From an uncultured bacterium (GTDB lineage Bacteria > Omnitrophota > Omnitrophia > Omnitrophales > CAZLUT01), in contig CAZLUT010000003.1 of assembly GCA_964562805.1 (NCBI GenBank), forward strand, positions 6,707 to 70,706: DNA of 64,000 bases, given 5' to 3'. Positions 37,578-47,707 of this stretch are shown here, piece after piece (positions within the stretch are counted from its first letter, which is position 1; every line of letters starts with the position of its first letter). Both the position numbers and the translations under genes were made by a program. The notes beneath the pieces were generated by a model. That model had not been told where the DNA came from. It searched no databases and saw nothing but the letters and a program-made list of their open reading frames with translations.

Positions 37578-38318
37578 TTACGGCCTCTCATCAAGCCAGC
37601 TTAAAATCGAATTCATTAGAAAATCGCTATTTTCGATCATCTGAGTGCCATGCCCTGCCATCGCTAAATCAATCAGAGTGGCCTGTTTGGAAATCCGGGC
37701 CAAATGACGGGCTGCTTCTGCTGAACTCAAGTCTTCGGCGCTCGCCGAGTAAAAAACAGGGCGATCACCATATTCTTGGGCCGACGGTATTGATTCAAGC
37801 CCTCGATAATCAAGTCCCGGCGAAAGAAGCAGGATTCCGCCAAGCTCAGGCTCCCTCGCCGCAAACAAAAGTGCCGCATTTGCCCCAATGCTAGCTCCCA
37901 TAATAAATATTGAATTGGGATCAACCTTTTCCTTTTTGACGAGATATTGATAAACGGTTTCAATGTCCATCGGCATTTTTTGAAATTCTTTACGGGAGAA
38001 GGTGCGCCACGAGATCTCACGCCCGTTTTTTGAAATACTGTCGCCATGGCCTCTCAGGTCTACTGCGACTGATGAATAATTATTCTCCGCCAAAATTTCC
38101 TGGGTCGCTTTCCAGCTCACTTTAGTTCGTGAGAGCATGGGAAGTAAAATAACGGTTCCTTGCGCCTCCATCACTTTTCTATACAAGGCATGAATCAGGA
38201 CACCGTCTTTCGTCTTAAGTTTGAGTAGCTCCCCCTCCGCCCAAACAGTCGGCGACAATAACAGGCATGAAACAACTAACGCTACAACAAATCGAAATTT
38301 GTATCTTACTTTTTTCAT
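37578..38318 (-). CDS. secreted alpha/beta hydrolase (dienelactone hydrolase / esterase-like)
   Basis: Signal peptide, GASIGAN nucleophile elbow, HG oxyanion motif. Confidence 0.6.
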   Translation of the reverse strand: MKKVRYKFRFVVALVVSCLLLSPTVWAEGELLKLKTKDGVLIHALYRKVMEAQGTVILLPMLSRTKVSWKATQEILAENNYSSVAVDLRGHGDSISKNGREISWRTFSRKEFQKMPMDIETVYQYLVKKEKVDPNSIFIMGASIGANAALLFAAREPELGGILLLSPGLDYRGLESIPSAQEYGDRPVFYSASAEDLSSAEAARHLARISKQATLIDLAMAGHGTQMIENSDFLMNSILSWLDERP

Positions 38319-38354
38319 CTCTCAGATCTTAGATCTTCGCCCTCAGATCTATCT
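38319..38354 (-). repeat. heptamer tandem array family A, 5 units, spanning recN stop to hydrolase start
   Basis: tctcaga tcttaga tcttcgc cctcaga tctatct; sense strand ends GATCTGAGAG-ATG. Confidence 0.6.
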
Positions 38355-40007
38355 CCTCAATATTTCCTTCGCGTGCTTTAATGATGTCTCCGTGAGATCT
38401 TTGCCCGAAAGCATCTTCGCTATCTCTTGAATTCTAGGGTCGCCTTCCAGTTTTTCAAACTGCACCTGGGTTTTGCCGCCAGCTACCCGTTTAATCACGT
38501 TCCAATGACAAGCCGCGTGCGAGGCAACAGGAGCCAAGTGAGTAATCGAAATAACCGCGTGGTTCAGGGCAACTTCTTCCAGTTTCCGCCCGATCACAGG
38601 GCCAAGACGGCCGCCAATACCCGAATCAATTTCATCAAAAACCAATGTGCTCACCGGCTGAACTTTAGAAAAGCATTTTTTAATCGCCAGCTGAATACGG
38701 GAGGCTTCACCGCCTGATGCTACTTTTGCGAGTGGTTTCAATGCCTCGCCCTTATTAGCAGAGAGAAGAAACTCGATTCTGTCTTTACCTCTCGAATGAA
38801 AATCCGTCGGCTCTATAAGCACCTTAAAATGTGCTTGCTTCATTTCGAGACTTTCCAGCTCTTCGGTCACCATTTTTTCTATTTTAGAAGCCGCCTCAGT
38901 TCTTATTCGACTGATTCCTGCGGCTTCCTGTGACATCGTGCTCTCGATTTTCTCGATTTCTTCATCAAATTTTTTTAAATTTTTATCGCTTGATTCCAAC
39001 AGGGTAAAACGGTTTTTTGCTTCATCAAAAAACCGCAGGATATCTTCGAGGGTTTTACCGTATTTTTTCTTTAAACTATCCAGCAAATCAATCCTTTCCA
39101 TTACGGCTTCAAGCCGCTCCGGGTCGTGCTCGAGAGACTCACCATAATCATCTAAGGATCTCGACAGCTCTCCAATTTTAATTTCGAGTGATTCAGCTTC
39201 CTCTTGTAACCTTTTCAGGTTTTTACTCGGATCAATTTTGGTGAGCATCGTAAAAAGCCGGCTGATTTGGCCGCTCCCTGAAAGCAGTGAATTTTCATCA
39301 TCGGATAATTTTTGGGCACATTCCCGGTAAAGATTCCCCAACTTTTCAGCGCTGTTTAATCTGATCTTAAGTTCTTCGAGCCCCTCATCTTTTTCCGGAT
39401 TAATGCGGGCTGCTTCAATTTCTTTAATTTGATACTGAAGCAAATCCATCTCTCTTTCCTTCTGAGTTAAAGAATCTATCAAAATTTGCTTCTCAGCCAG
39501 CAGCTCGACTCGATGCTCATATAATTTTTTAAAAGATTCTATTTTTTTCTGGAGCCCCGCGAACATATCGAGAAGAAGTGCCTGTTCGACCGTATCATAA
39601 AGACTTTCGCTTTCCCTTTGGCCAAAAATATCAACTAGCCGGGGAGCTATCTGCTTTAACTGTGACGCTGTTGAGAGAACACCATTTAGGAAGCTTCGGG
39701 TTTTAGAGGTTCCTTCAGCCGACCTTTTAATAATAACGAGACCCTCTTCGGGGGTAAGATTTTTTTCTTTCAGCTCTTTTTCCAGGAAAGATTTTTCTTC
39801 AATTTGAAAAATAGCTTCAACCGATAAGGTTTTCCCGGGGCGAAGCCACGTCGACTCAAGCCGATTTCCTAAGGCAAAGCCTAGAGCTTCAATAACGATA
39901 GATTTGCCGGCTCCCGTTTCACCCGTGAGCACATTGAGTCCTTTTGAAAAATCAAGCAACGCCTCTTCTATCAGCGCAAAATTCTTAACCTTTAACTGGA
40001 CTAGCAT
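38349..40007 (-). CDS. recN: DNA repair protein RecN
   Basis: SMC-like N-terminal Walker A GETGAGKS, long coiled coil, C-terminal signature/Walker B; 552 aa. Confidence 0.9.
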   Translation of the reverse strand: MLVQLKVKNFALIEEALLDFSKGLNVLTGETGAGKSIVIEALGFALGNRLESTWLRPGKTLSVEAIFQIEEKSFLEKELKEKNLTPEEGLVIIKRSAEGTSKTRSFLNGVLSTASQLKQIAPRLVDIFGQRESESLYDTVEQALLLDMFAGLQKKIESFKKLYEHRVELLAEKQILIDSLTQKEREMDLLQYQIKEIEAARINPEKDEGLEELKIRLNSAEKLGNLYRECAQKLSDDENSLLSGSGQISRLFTMLTKIDPSKNLKRLQEEAESLEIKIGELSRSLDDYGESLEHDPERLEAVMERIDLLDSLKKKYGKTLEDILRFFDEAKNRFTLLESSDKNLKKFDEEIEKIESTMSQEAAGISRIRTEAASKIEKMVTEELESLEMKQAHFKVLIEPTDFHSRGKDRIEFLLSANKGEALKPLAKVASGGEASRIQLAIKKCFSKVQPVSTLVFDEIDSGIGGRLGPVIGRKLEEVALNHAVISITHLAPVASHAACHWNVIKRVAGGKTQVQFEKLEGDPRIQEIAKMLSGKDLTETSLKHAKEILRR

Positions 40008-40019
40008 TTCTTTAATCTA

Positions 40020-40433
40020 TCACCTGCCACCTTCATAGGTTACCCATCCTGTATCCGTCTCATAAATTCGAACCGCATCTAACCGAACTCCGCTTGGAAG
40101 TTTTTTTTCTATAATATCCCAAAAGACCAGCGTCAAATTTTCTGAGGTGGGATTGATATCTTTTAAAAAATCAACATCCACCGTTAGGTCCCGATGGTCC
40201 ACCTTATTATAAATTTCTTCTATCAAAATTTTTTTAAGATCAATCAGATTCATAACCATTCCACTGGCGGGATCCTGTTTACCCTTAACGGTCACCTCCA
40301 GGACATAGTTATGCCCATGCCGGTCAGGATTATTATCTTTGCCGAATAATTTAGAATTTTCTTCCGCCGTAAGCTCAGGATTGTTAAGCCAATGAGCTGC
40401 GCTGAACCGAATTTTTTTTGTAATGCTGATCAT
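40020..40433 (-). CDS. queD: 6-carboxy-5,6,7,8-tetrahydropterin synthase / 6-pyruvoyl-tetrahydropterin synthase family
   Basis: PTPS fold motifs FSAAHWL and GHNY...E; start set at internal ATG (MISITKK) giving ATGA-type overlap with mazG. Confidence 0.75.
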   Translation of the reverse strand: MISITKKIRFSAAHWLNNPELTAEENSKLFGKDNNPDRHGHNYVLEVTVKGKQDPASGMVMNLIDLKKILIEEIYNKVDHRDLTVDVDFLKDINPTSENLTLVFWDIIEKKLPSGVRLDAVRIYETDTGWVTYEGGR

Positions 40434-41194
40434 CCTAGTTCTCGTTTTGCCTCCTGCCACAGCCTCTCCAATTCGCTAGGCTTCATTTTATCAAGCTTTA
40501 AGCGGGAAGCAGAAGCTGCTTCTTCCATAAATTGAAACCTTTTTCTAAATTTACGATTCGCGGCAATAAGAGCTACTTCCGGATCTGTATTTAAGTGACG
40601 CGAAAAATGAGCGACGGTAAAAAGAAAATCCCCCATCTCTTCTTTGATTTTTTTTTGGTTGCCTTTTTTAAGCTCACATTTAATCTCTCGAAGCTCTTCT
40701 TCCATTTTTTTCATCACCTGTTGCGTTTTTTTCCAATCAAACCCGACCCGTCCTACTTTTTTTCCGATTCTATAAGTTTCCAAGAGAGACGGCTGATAGT
40801 GATTAATATTATCGAGCAAAGACTTCCCAGCCTTCCCTCTCTCTTTCGTTTTCGCCTGATCCCAAAATTTATGGGCATGCTCCGCGTTTTTAGCCTTCCC
40901 GGCACCAAAAACATGAGGGTGACGACGGATCAATTTCTCCTCAATGGCTTTAATAATAGATTGTTTTGTATAGCGTTTTTTTTCTTCCCCGATAACGATC
41001 ATGGCAGCAATAACAGCGATTACATCCCCCAGTTCTTCATTTATCTTTTCGGGGTTTTTCGTATCAATCGCCTCAAGCACCTCATATGTCTCTTCGAGCA
41101 GACAGCGTTTCAAGCTTTCTAAGGTCTGCTTCTTGTCCCAGGGACACCCCTGCTTACCCCGTAATTTCTTGATAATCTTAACTATTTTTTCCAT
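40430..41194 (-). CDS. mazG: nucleoside triphosphate pyrophosphohydrolase MazG
   Basis: Tandem MazG EExxE/D motifs (LLEETYEVLEAID, EELGD). Confidence 0.85.
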   Translation of the reverse strand: MEKIVKIIKKLRGKQGCPWDKKQTLESLKRCLLEETYEVLEAIDTKNPEKINEELGDVIAVIAAMIVIGEEKKRYTKQSIIKAIEEKLIRRHPHVFGAGKAKNAEHAHKFWDQAKTKERGKAGKSLLDNINHYQPSLLETYRIGKKVGRVGFDWKKTQQVMKKMEEELREIKCELKKGNQKKIKEEMGDFLFTVAHFSRHLNTDPEVALIAANRKFRKRFQFMEEAASASRLKLDKMKPSELERLWQEAKRELG

Positions 41195-41196
41195 GA

Positions 41197-43254
41197 CTAA
41201 TCCAAATAAAATTCCCGCTCATTCCGGATGCTTGTAGGCTCAACTTCATCAGGGATAAACGCGATGTCATCCATAAAGCTCTGATGGTCCATCATTAGAC
41301 CGGGACCGAGATACTTCAATAAATGTCCGGGGATCTCGTTTAAAAAACGGCTGGGCAATTTCGAATCTCTAAAACCATAAAGCATTCGGCTTGAAGCAAA
41401 TGTCAGCATCACCTGCTTCATAGCGCGGGTAATCCCTACGTAGCAGAGCCTTCGCTCTTCTTCCATATCACGCGGGTTTTGAGTTAAAGAATTGGCATGA
41501 GGAAAAATTTCCTCTTCCAGACCCACCATAAAAACGTGTTCAAACTCAAGTCCCTTAGCCATATGAAAGGTCATCAAGGTCAAAGATTCCTCTTCCGGCG
41601 TCCATTTGTCCAAATCAGTTGCTAAAGTAATGCTTTCCAGAAAATTCCTCAGAGGATCTTCCTTGGTGTTTTCATTTCGCTCGGCGCCGCTAAAAAATAC
41701 ATCGCGCGCCAGAGGATTTGATTCAAAATCAAGGGCAACACTGATAAATTCTTTAAGGTTTTCAACGCGGGCCTTGGCCTCGATTGTATCTTCATTTTGA
41801 AGCTCCGCTAAGATACCGGTATCCTCCATCACTTCTTCGATCAGTTCTGAAAGGTGAATTTCAAACCGGCGGCCTGCCAAATGAGCGCGGGTTTTTAAAA
41901 GTGAAGCGATGGAATGAATAACTTTTTCTCTCAAATTTGAAATTTGAGAAGTTTCATTCAAGGCCCGAAAAAAAGAGATTTGTTTTTCTTTCGCATAGCT
42001 ATCCAAAATTTCTAAAGTTTTTTTACCAATGCCGCGTCCCGGAACATTAATAATGCGTTTAAAACTAATATCATCATCAGGGTTGACTAAAACGCGAAGA
42101 TACGCGATCAGATCTTTAATTTCCCGGCGATCATAAAACCGCACTCCACCCACAATCCGGTAAGGCAGACGGTGCTTTCGAAAAGTATCTTCAAACACCC
42201 GGGATTGGGCATGAACTCTGTAAAAAACAACAATATCCCGCAAAGAAATTCCCTGATTTTTTAATTCATAGATCTCTTTGGCAATAAAACCGGCCTCGTC
42301 CTTCTCATCCCGGGCCTCATAAAGATAAAGCGGTTTACCCTCTCCTTTTGACGACCATAAATCCTTGGGTTTCCGATCGCGGTTATAACTAATCAAATGA
42401 TTAGCGGCCTCTAAAATTTTCGTGGGCGAACGGTAATTTTCATCCAGAGTAATATGTTTGCAATCGGGATAGTCTGTTTCAAAGTCCAGAATGTTCTGAA
42501 TATCAGCGCCACGCCACGCATAAATCGACTGATCGGGGTCGCCGACTACGGTAAGGTTTTTGTATTTTGAAGCTAATAATTTAATTAAATGATATTGGGC
42601 GCGGTTTGTATCCTGATACTCATCAATTAAAATATATTGGAAACGTTCTTGGTATGACTCAAGAACGTCAGGTGCGGATTGAAATAATCTTACGGTCTTC
42701 GAGATCAGATCGCCAAAATCCAATCCGCCTAATTTTTGAAGCTTTCTCTCATAGAGATCATAGACCTTACCTAAAATATCTTCCCAATGATCCCCGGCAA
42801 CCTGTTTGATATCTTCGGGGGATTTCAAATCATCTTTTGCGCGGCTGATTGATTCTCGTAAACCTTTGGGATTAAAATGTTTTTCATTAAAACCCAATTC
42901 CGCCAGACATTCTTTAATCAAGACAAGCTGATCTGAGTCGTCATAAACCGTAAAATCTTTCGGAATTCCGATCCGGTGACCGTCTGCTCTTAAGATTTTG
43001 AGCCCTGTTGCGTGAAAAGTCGCGACCCAAACATCCCGGTCAACAAGCTGACGAACACGCTCCCGCATCTCGCCGGCGGCTTTATTTGTAAACGTAACTG
43101 CCAAAATTTGAAATGAAAATACGCCTTTTTGAATCAGATGAGCAATTCGATGTGTTAGGACTCTCGTTTTACCGGTTCCAGCGCCCGCTACAATTAAAAG
43201 CGGTCCCTCTCCGTGCTGAACCGCTTCTTTTTGCGCCGGATTTAAATTAAACAT
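41197..43254 (-). CDS. pcrA: ATP-dependent DNA helicase PcrA/UvrD/Rep family
   Basis: Superfamily-1 motifs AGAGTGKT, VDEYQDT, GDPDQSIY, and others; 685 aa. Confidence 0.9.
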   Translation of the reverse strand: MFNLNPAQKEAVQHGEGPLLIVAGAGTGKTRVLTHRIAHLIQKGVFSFQILAVTFTNKAAGEMRERVRQLVDRDVWVATFHATGLKILRADGHRIGIPKDFTVYDDSDQLVLIKECLAELGFNEKHFNPKGLRESISRAKDDLKSPEDIKQVAGDHWEDILGKVYDLYERKLQKLGGLDFGDLISKTVRLFQSAPDVLESYQERFQYILIDEYQDTNRAQYHLIKLLASKYKNLTVVGDPDQSIYAWRGADIQNILDFETDYPDCKHITLDENYRSPTKILEAANHLISYNRDRKPKDLWSSKGEGKPLYLYEARDEKDEAGFIAKEIYELKNQGISLRDIVVFYRVHAQSRVFEDTFRKHRLPYRIVGGVRFYDRREIKDLIAYLRVLVNPDDDISFKRIINVPGRGIGKKTLEILDSYAKEKQISFFRALNETSQISNLREKVIHSIASLLKTRAHLAGRRFEIHLSELIEEVMEDTGILAELQNEDTIEAKARVENLKEFISVALDFESNPLARDVFFSGAERNENTKEDPLRNFLESITLATDLDKWTPEEESLTLMTFHMAKGLEFEHVFMVGLEEEIFPHANSLTQNPRDMEEERRLCYVGITRAMKQVMLTFASSRMLYGFRDSKLPSRFLNEIPGHLLKYLGPGLMMDHQSFMDDIAFIPDEVEPTSIRNEREFYLD

Positions 43255-43277
43255 TTATAGATTTAAAACTCTCCTTA

Positions 43278-43733
43278 TTAATCCGGTTTTACAGAATGAT
43301 TATTGGATGTCTTAAGAATAGGATAAAACTTCAATTTTTTCCGTAACCCACGCCAATAGTCATGATTCAAGGCTTCTTCTAAATTATAAACATTTTCGAA
43401 ATCGCTCAATTTATCTTCTTCGTTTTTAAAAAGGAGCCCCGCTTCTATCATCGCAAATACAACCTGACCCATATCCTTGGTGGAGCGTATCCCCCAGTAT
43501 TCAAGAACCGAATGCGCCATAGGACCGTATTCTTTTATGGCTAAATCGCGAATGCCCTTGGCCAATTCTTGCCCCGAAACATGCCTTTTTTTCTTGAGGC
43601 GATCCATCGTAAAGTGAAGCCCCGCCATCACAAAACCGAATGTTTCCATTTTAAAAGTGGGATGCTCTCCGGCAAGCTTTTCGAGCTTAGTATAAATTTC
43701 TTTTGCCTTTTTAACGGCTTCTTTTTTACTCAC
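43278..43733 (-). CDS. hypothetical protein (151 aa) co-transcribed with lipoate ligase
   Basis: No recognisable motif; 4-nt overlap with downstream gene; GGAGAG SD of pcrA lies just downstream. Confidence 0.4.
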   Translation of the reverse strand: MSKKEAVKKAKEIYTKLEKLAGEHPTFKMETFGFVMAGLHFTMDRLKKKRHVSGQELAKGIRDLAIKEYGPMAHSVLEYWGIRSTKDMGQVVFAMIEAGLLFKNEEDKLSDFENVYNLEEALNHDYWRGLRKKLKFYPILKTSNNHSVKPD

Positions 43734-44428
43734 GCGGCAACACTTCCTTTCGACCCATAAAACTCGTTTGATAATTCTTGGGCCCGTCTCACAACATCAG
43801 CTCCGAGTTCAGCTTCCTTAAAATTGATACCTAATTCGTTCTCAAAAGATTCTCTGAGCGTCTCCGTAAAAAAATCGGGCTCAAAAGAATATTCCTGCTC
43901 TAACTGTAGCATAATTGATCCTTGATGCAGTAGGACGTTTTTACGTCTTTTCTGAGCGCCTCCCACGATTTTTTTATTTTTAAAAAGAAGGTCTCCCGGC
44001 ACCGGATTTTTAAAACACGCGCTCCGACTAATCTCAGGGGAAACCTTAACACCTTCTGTCTTAGCCTGCACCGCTCGAATTGACCTTTCTTTAAAAGCAA
44101 GCTGAATAATTTTATGTATCCAGAAATAACTTTTCTCTACCGATTTCGCCGCTGGAAATTCAGCACTGTTAATTCCTAACGAAAAAACCAAATCCTTATC
44201 ATGAAAAACAACCCCGCCGCCCGTCAAACGTCTTACAACCGGCAAATCAAAACTTTCCTCATTATTTCTTTTTGAAAAATAACCGATTGTTATTGACGGC
44301 TTCTCCATCGTATAGCACCTTAAAAAGCATGACGCCTCACCTCTGGCCACCTTCTCAAACAACGCATGATCCAATGCCATCTGAAAAGAAGCTGAAAGAT
44401 TAAAATTTTTATAAAAAAAACAAGCCAT
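43730..44428 (-). CDS. lipoate-protein ligase / octanoyltransferase (BPL_LplA_LipB catalytic domain)
   Basis: RRLTGGGVVFHD and KIVGGAQKRR lysine motif typical of LplA/LipB/LipM catalytic domain. Confidence 0.75.
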   Translation of the reverse strand: MACFFYKNFNLSASFQMALDHALFEKVARGEASCFLRCYTMEKPSITIGYFSKRNNEESFDLPVVRRLTGGGVVFHDKDLVFSLGINSAEFPAAKSVEKSYFWIHKIIQLAFKERSIRAVQAKTEGVKVSPEISRSACFKNPVPGDLLFKNKKIVGGAQKRRKNVLLHQGSIMLQLEQEYSFEPDFFTETLRESFENELGINFKEAELGADVVRRAQELSNEFYGSKGSVAA

Positions 44429-45912
44429 TATTTAGAAACAGCCTGCGATAAGGTAATTTCTGGGGACCAGCACAAATTGGGATTACGAGCTGCCGTTACC
44501 TCATCGCACCTCGTTACGGGGGTAGTGAGAGGTGCCGATTTCACTTTTCCGGGATCGCTCTGGCACTCCCTGGCAATACAAGTCATCACTTTAACAAATT
44601 GATCTAGAGTTTCTTTGGATTCTGTTTCGGTGGGCTCAATCATTAACGCCTCGGAAACAATTAAAGGAAAGTAAACCGTTGGAGCGTGGACTCCATAATC
44701 TAAAAGACGTTTCCCGATATCACCGGCTCCAATTCCGCCCTTCTTCTGCCGGGAAGCAGACAGCACAAATTCATGCATACAAATTCCATTTATTGGTAAA
44801 TCATAGTCTTTCGAGAGTTTGACACGCAAATAATTCGCGTTCAATATCGAAAGTTTACCAACACGCTTAATTCCCTCTAAACCCAATATCCGTAGATAAG
44901 TGTAAGCCCGAATTAAAATACCGGTATTTCCATAAAAAGCCTTCATTCTACCGACTGACCCGGAGTCTCCCTCTTTAACGCAATAGGATCCGCTTTTCCT
45001 TTTTTCAATTAAGCCCACGGGCAAGAAGTGCGCCAAATGACTTTTAACTCCAACCGGTCCGGCCCCGGGACCTCCGCCGCCATGAGGAGTAGAAAAAGTT
45101 TTATGAAGATTGAGATGAATAATATCAAAACCCATATCACCCGGCCTGCAAATACCCATCAAGGGGTTCATGTTGGCCCCATCGTAGTAAAGCAGCCCCC
45201 CGGCCTGGTGAACCAATTTAACGATCTCTGAAATATCTTCTTCGAAAAGACCGAGAGTATTGGGGTTTGTCAGCATGAGGCAGGCCGTCTCATCCGTCAG
45301 AGCTTCCCGAAGCTCATTTAAATCCACACATCCCTTAGTATTTGACTTTATTGTTTTTACCTCAAAACCAAATTGAGCCGCACTCGCTGGGTTGGTGCCG
45401 TGTGAAGAATCAGGTACTATCACAATACGCCGCTTTGAATCATTGCGGGCTTTGTGATAAGCCTTTACGATCATCATCCCGAGTAATTCTCCATGAGCAC
45501 CGGCTGCGGGTGAAAAAGTAAACCGGTCCATTCCGGTTAATTCTTTTAGATCACCCTCCATCTCATAAAGCATTTTCAAAATTCCCTGAACGGACCCCTC
45601 GGATTGGAAGGGGTGAAGGTTCTTGAAGCCAGGAAGGGCTGCCATGTCTTCATTGATTCTTGGGTTATATTTCATCGTACAGGAACCTAAAGGATAAAAA
45701 GAGGTGTCAATCGAAAAATTCTTTTGAGAAAGCCGAGTGAAATGCCTCACAACCTCGGGCTCTGTCACTTCAGGAAGTCCCGCTTTTTTTCTCCGCTTCA
45801 AATTAGATGGTACGGTCTCCAAATACTCTTTTTCCCAGTGCCTTTTCGGAAAATACTCATCGCCCTTGTCCGTATGCGATAATTCAAAAATCAATGGCTC
45901 GATGGACTTCAT
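44428..45912 (-). CDS. gcvPB: glycine dehydrogenase (decarboxylating) subunit 2
   Basis: PLP-dependent P-protein C-terminal-half homologue; conserved blocks throughout. Confidence 0.9.
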   Translation of the reverse strand: MKSIEPLIFELSHTDKGDEYFPKRHWEKEYLETVPSNLKRRKKAGLPEVTEPEVVRHFTRLSQKNFSIDTSFYPLGSCTMKYNPRINEDMAALPGFKNLHPFQSEGSVQGILKMLYEMEGDLKELTGMDRFTFSPAAGAHGELLGMMIVKAYHKARNDSKRRIVIVPDSSHGTNPASAAQFGFEVKTIKSNTKGCVDLNELREALTDETACLMLTNPNTLGLFEEDISEIVKLVHQAGGLLYYDGANMNPLMGICRPGDMGFDIIHLNLHKTFSTPHGGGGPGAGPVGVKSHLAHFLPVGLIEKRKSGSYCVKEGDSGSVGRMKAFYGNTGILIRAYTYLRILGLEGIKRVGKLSILNANYLRVKLSKDYDLPINGICMHEFVLSASRQKKGGIGAGDIGKRLLDYGVHAPTVYFPLIVSEALMIEPTETESKETLDQFVKVMTCIARECQSDPGKVKSAPLTTPVTRCDEVTAARNPNLCWSPEITLSQAVSK

Positions 45913-47252
45913 GATGCCGCTTCTCCCAGAAGCTTAATGAAAGCATCCAGATCATCCCGTGTTTTAGTCTCAGTGACACATACTAAAAAATGATTAGGCA
46001 AATTAATGTCAAATTGCTCCAGGTTGATTCCGCCAAAAACTTTCTTTTTCTCAAGTTTATCTAAAAGTTCTTTTACATCCCCATCGTAACGCACCGCAAA
46101 TTCATTAAAAATGGCGCCTTCAAATGGAATTTGAAACTTTTTTAATTTAGAAATTGCTTCCTTTAAATAAAGGCTGTTCGAAATATTGATCTCATTGACT
46201 CTCTTTAATCCGCTTTCACCCATCAATGAAAGATAAATCGTAGCAGCAAGAGCCATTAAGCCCTGGTTGGTGCAAATATTGGACGCTGCTTTCTCTCTTC
46301 GAATATGCTGCTCTCTTGCCTGTAACGTCAATACAAACGCCCTCTTACCTTCCGTATCTTTTGTAAGCCCCGCTATTCTTCCCGGGATCTTTCTCATCAA
46401 AACCTTGGTAGCGGCAAAAAAACCAAGAAGAGGTCCACCCCAGCTCATTGGAATTCCAAACGGCTGACCTTCACCTGTAACAATATCAGCTCCCCACTCG
46501 CGCGGAGACGTAAAATACGAAAGACTCATCGGGTTAACATTCACTATCAGCAAACCGCCTGCCGCGTGAACCGTTTCCGCGATATCTTCATAATTTTCAA
46601 CAATACCCAAAAAATTAGGAAAGCTAAGTGCCGCGCAGGCTGAGTCCTGAGAAATTTTCTCCTGAATAAATTTCCGGTCCAAACAGCCGGCTGCCGTATA
46701 AGGAATTTCTACAACCTGAACATCCATACCGTCCAGATAAGTTCGAATAACTTCCTTGTAATGAGGGTGAATGAGACTCGAGATCAAAACCTCTTTCCTT
46801 CGCGTGTGATGAATGCTGAGCAAGATCGCTTCTGCCAAGGCTGTAGCGCCATCGTAATGGGACGCATTTGAGACATCCATTCCGGTTAGGCGGCACATCA
46901 GAGTTTGAAATTCGTAGATCGCCTGAAGTGTGCCCTGAGAAGCTTCGGCCTGATAAGGAGTATATGCGGTCAAAAATTCGCCGCGTGAAATCAAATGATT
47001 AATAACAGAAGGAATAAAGTGCTCATAAATTCCGCCGCCCAAAAAACTCAAACTCTCTCCGGTATGGACATTGCTGGCGCCAAGCGATTCGATTTCTTTT
47101 TTAACCGCTAATTCACCCGGGCTCTCTGGAATTCGAATTTCCGGGTGAAGCAACTTTTTAGGAATTTTTTTAAGAAGATCGTCAAAATTTTTTACTCCGA
47201 TTTCCCGGAGCATTTCCTTCTCATCGCCGGAAGTAATCGGGAAATAGGACAT
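45909..47252 (-). CDS. gcvPA: glycine dehydrogenase (decarboxylating) subunit 1
   Basis: P-protein N-terminal-half homologue; ATGA overlap with gcvPB. Confidence 0.9.
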   Translation of the reverse strand: MSYFPITSGDEKEMLREIGVKNFDDLLKKIPKKLLHPEIRIPESPGELAVKKEIESLGASNVHTGESLSFLGGGIYEHFIPSVINHLISRGEFLTAYTPYQAEASQGTLQAIYEFQTLMCRLTGMDVSNASHYDGATALAEAILLSIHHTRRKEVLISSLIHPHYKEVIRTYLDGMDVQVVEIPYTAAGCLDRKFIQEKISQDSACAALSFPNFLGIVENYEDIAETVHAAGGLLIVNVNPMSLSYFTSPREWGADIVTGEGQPFGIPMSWGGPLLGFFAATKVLMRKIPGRIAGLTKDTEGKRAFVLTLQAREQHIRREKAASNICTNQGLMALAATIYLSLMGESGLKRVNEINISNSLYLKEAISKLKKFQIPFEGAIFNEFAVRYDGDVKELLDKLEKKKVFGGINLEQFDINLPNHFLVCVTETKTRDDLDAFIKLLGEAAS

Positions 47253-47641
47253 TAATGAGCGCCCTCTGCGATGTATTTTTCATACGAGGATTTATCCATC
47301 AAATCAACAGCTTCGCTTGCCTCGCTCGTCCTAATCTTAAAAAGCCATCCTTTTCCGTAGGGGTCATCATTAATAACGCCAGGGTCTGACTCTAGGTCTT
47401 TGTTGGAGGCAATCACTTCACCCGATAAAGGGGCATAGATATCAAAGGCCGCTTTTACCGATTCAACAACGGCTAGCATCTCCCCCTGTTTAACGTTTTG
47501 GCCCGTTTGAGGCACTTCGATAAAGACAACATCTGAAATCTCTTTCTGCGCATAATCGCTGATGCCGCAGATCACTGTATCACCTTCGGTTTGAACCCAT
47601 TCATGGGACTTAGAATACTTTAAATTATCCGGAAAATTCAT
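47252..47641 (-). CDS. gcvH: glycine cleavage system H protein
   Basis: Lipoyl attachment motif VESVKAAFDIYAPLSGEV; 129 aa. Confidence 0.9.
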   Translation of the reverse strand: MNFPDNLKYSKSHEWVQTEGDTVICGISDYAQKEISDVVFIEVPQTGQNVKQGEMLAVVESVKAAFDIYAPLSGEVIASNKDLESDPGVINDDPYGKGWLFKIRTSEASEAVDLMDKSSYEKYIAEGAH

Positions 47642-47707
47642 AGATAACTCCTCTATAGCTTGTTATCAGTTTTTGAGTAGAGTTTATAACTTATCAGATA
47701 TAACTTC

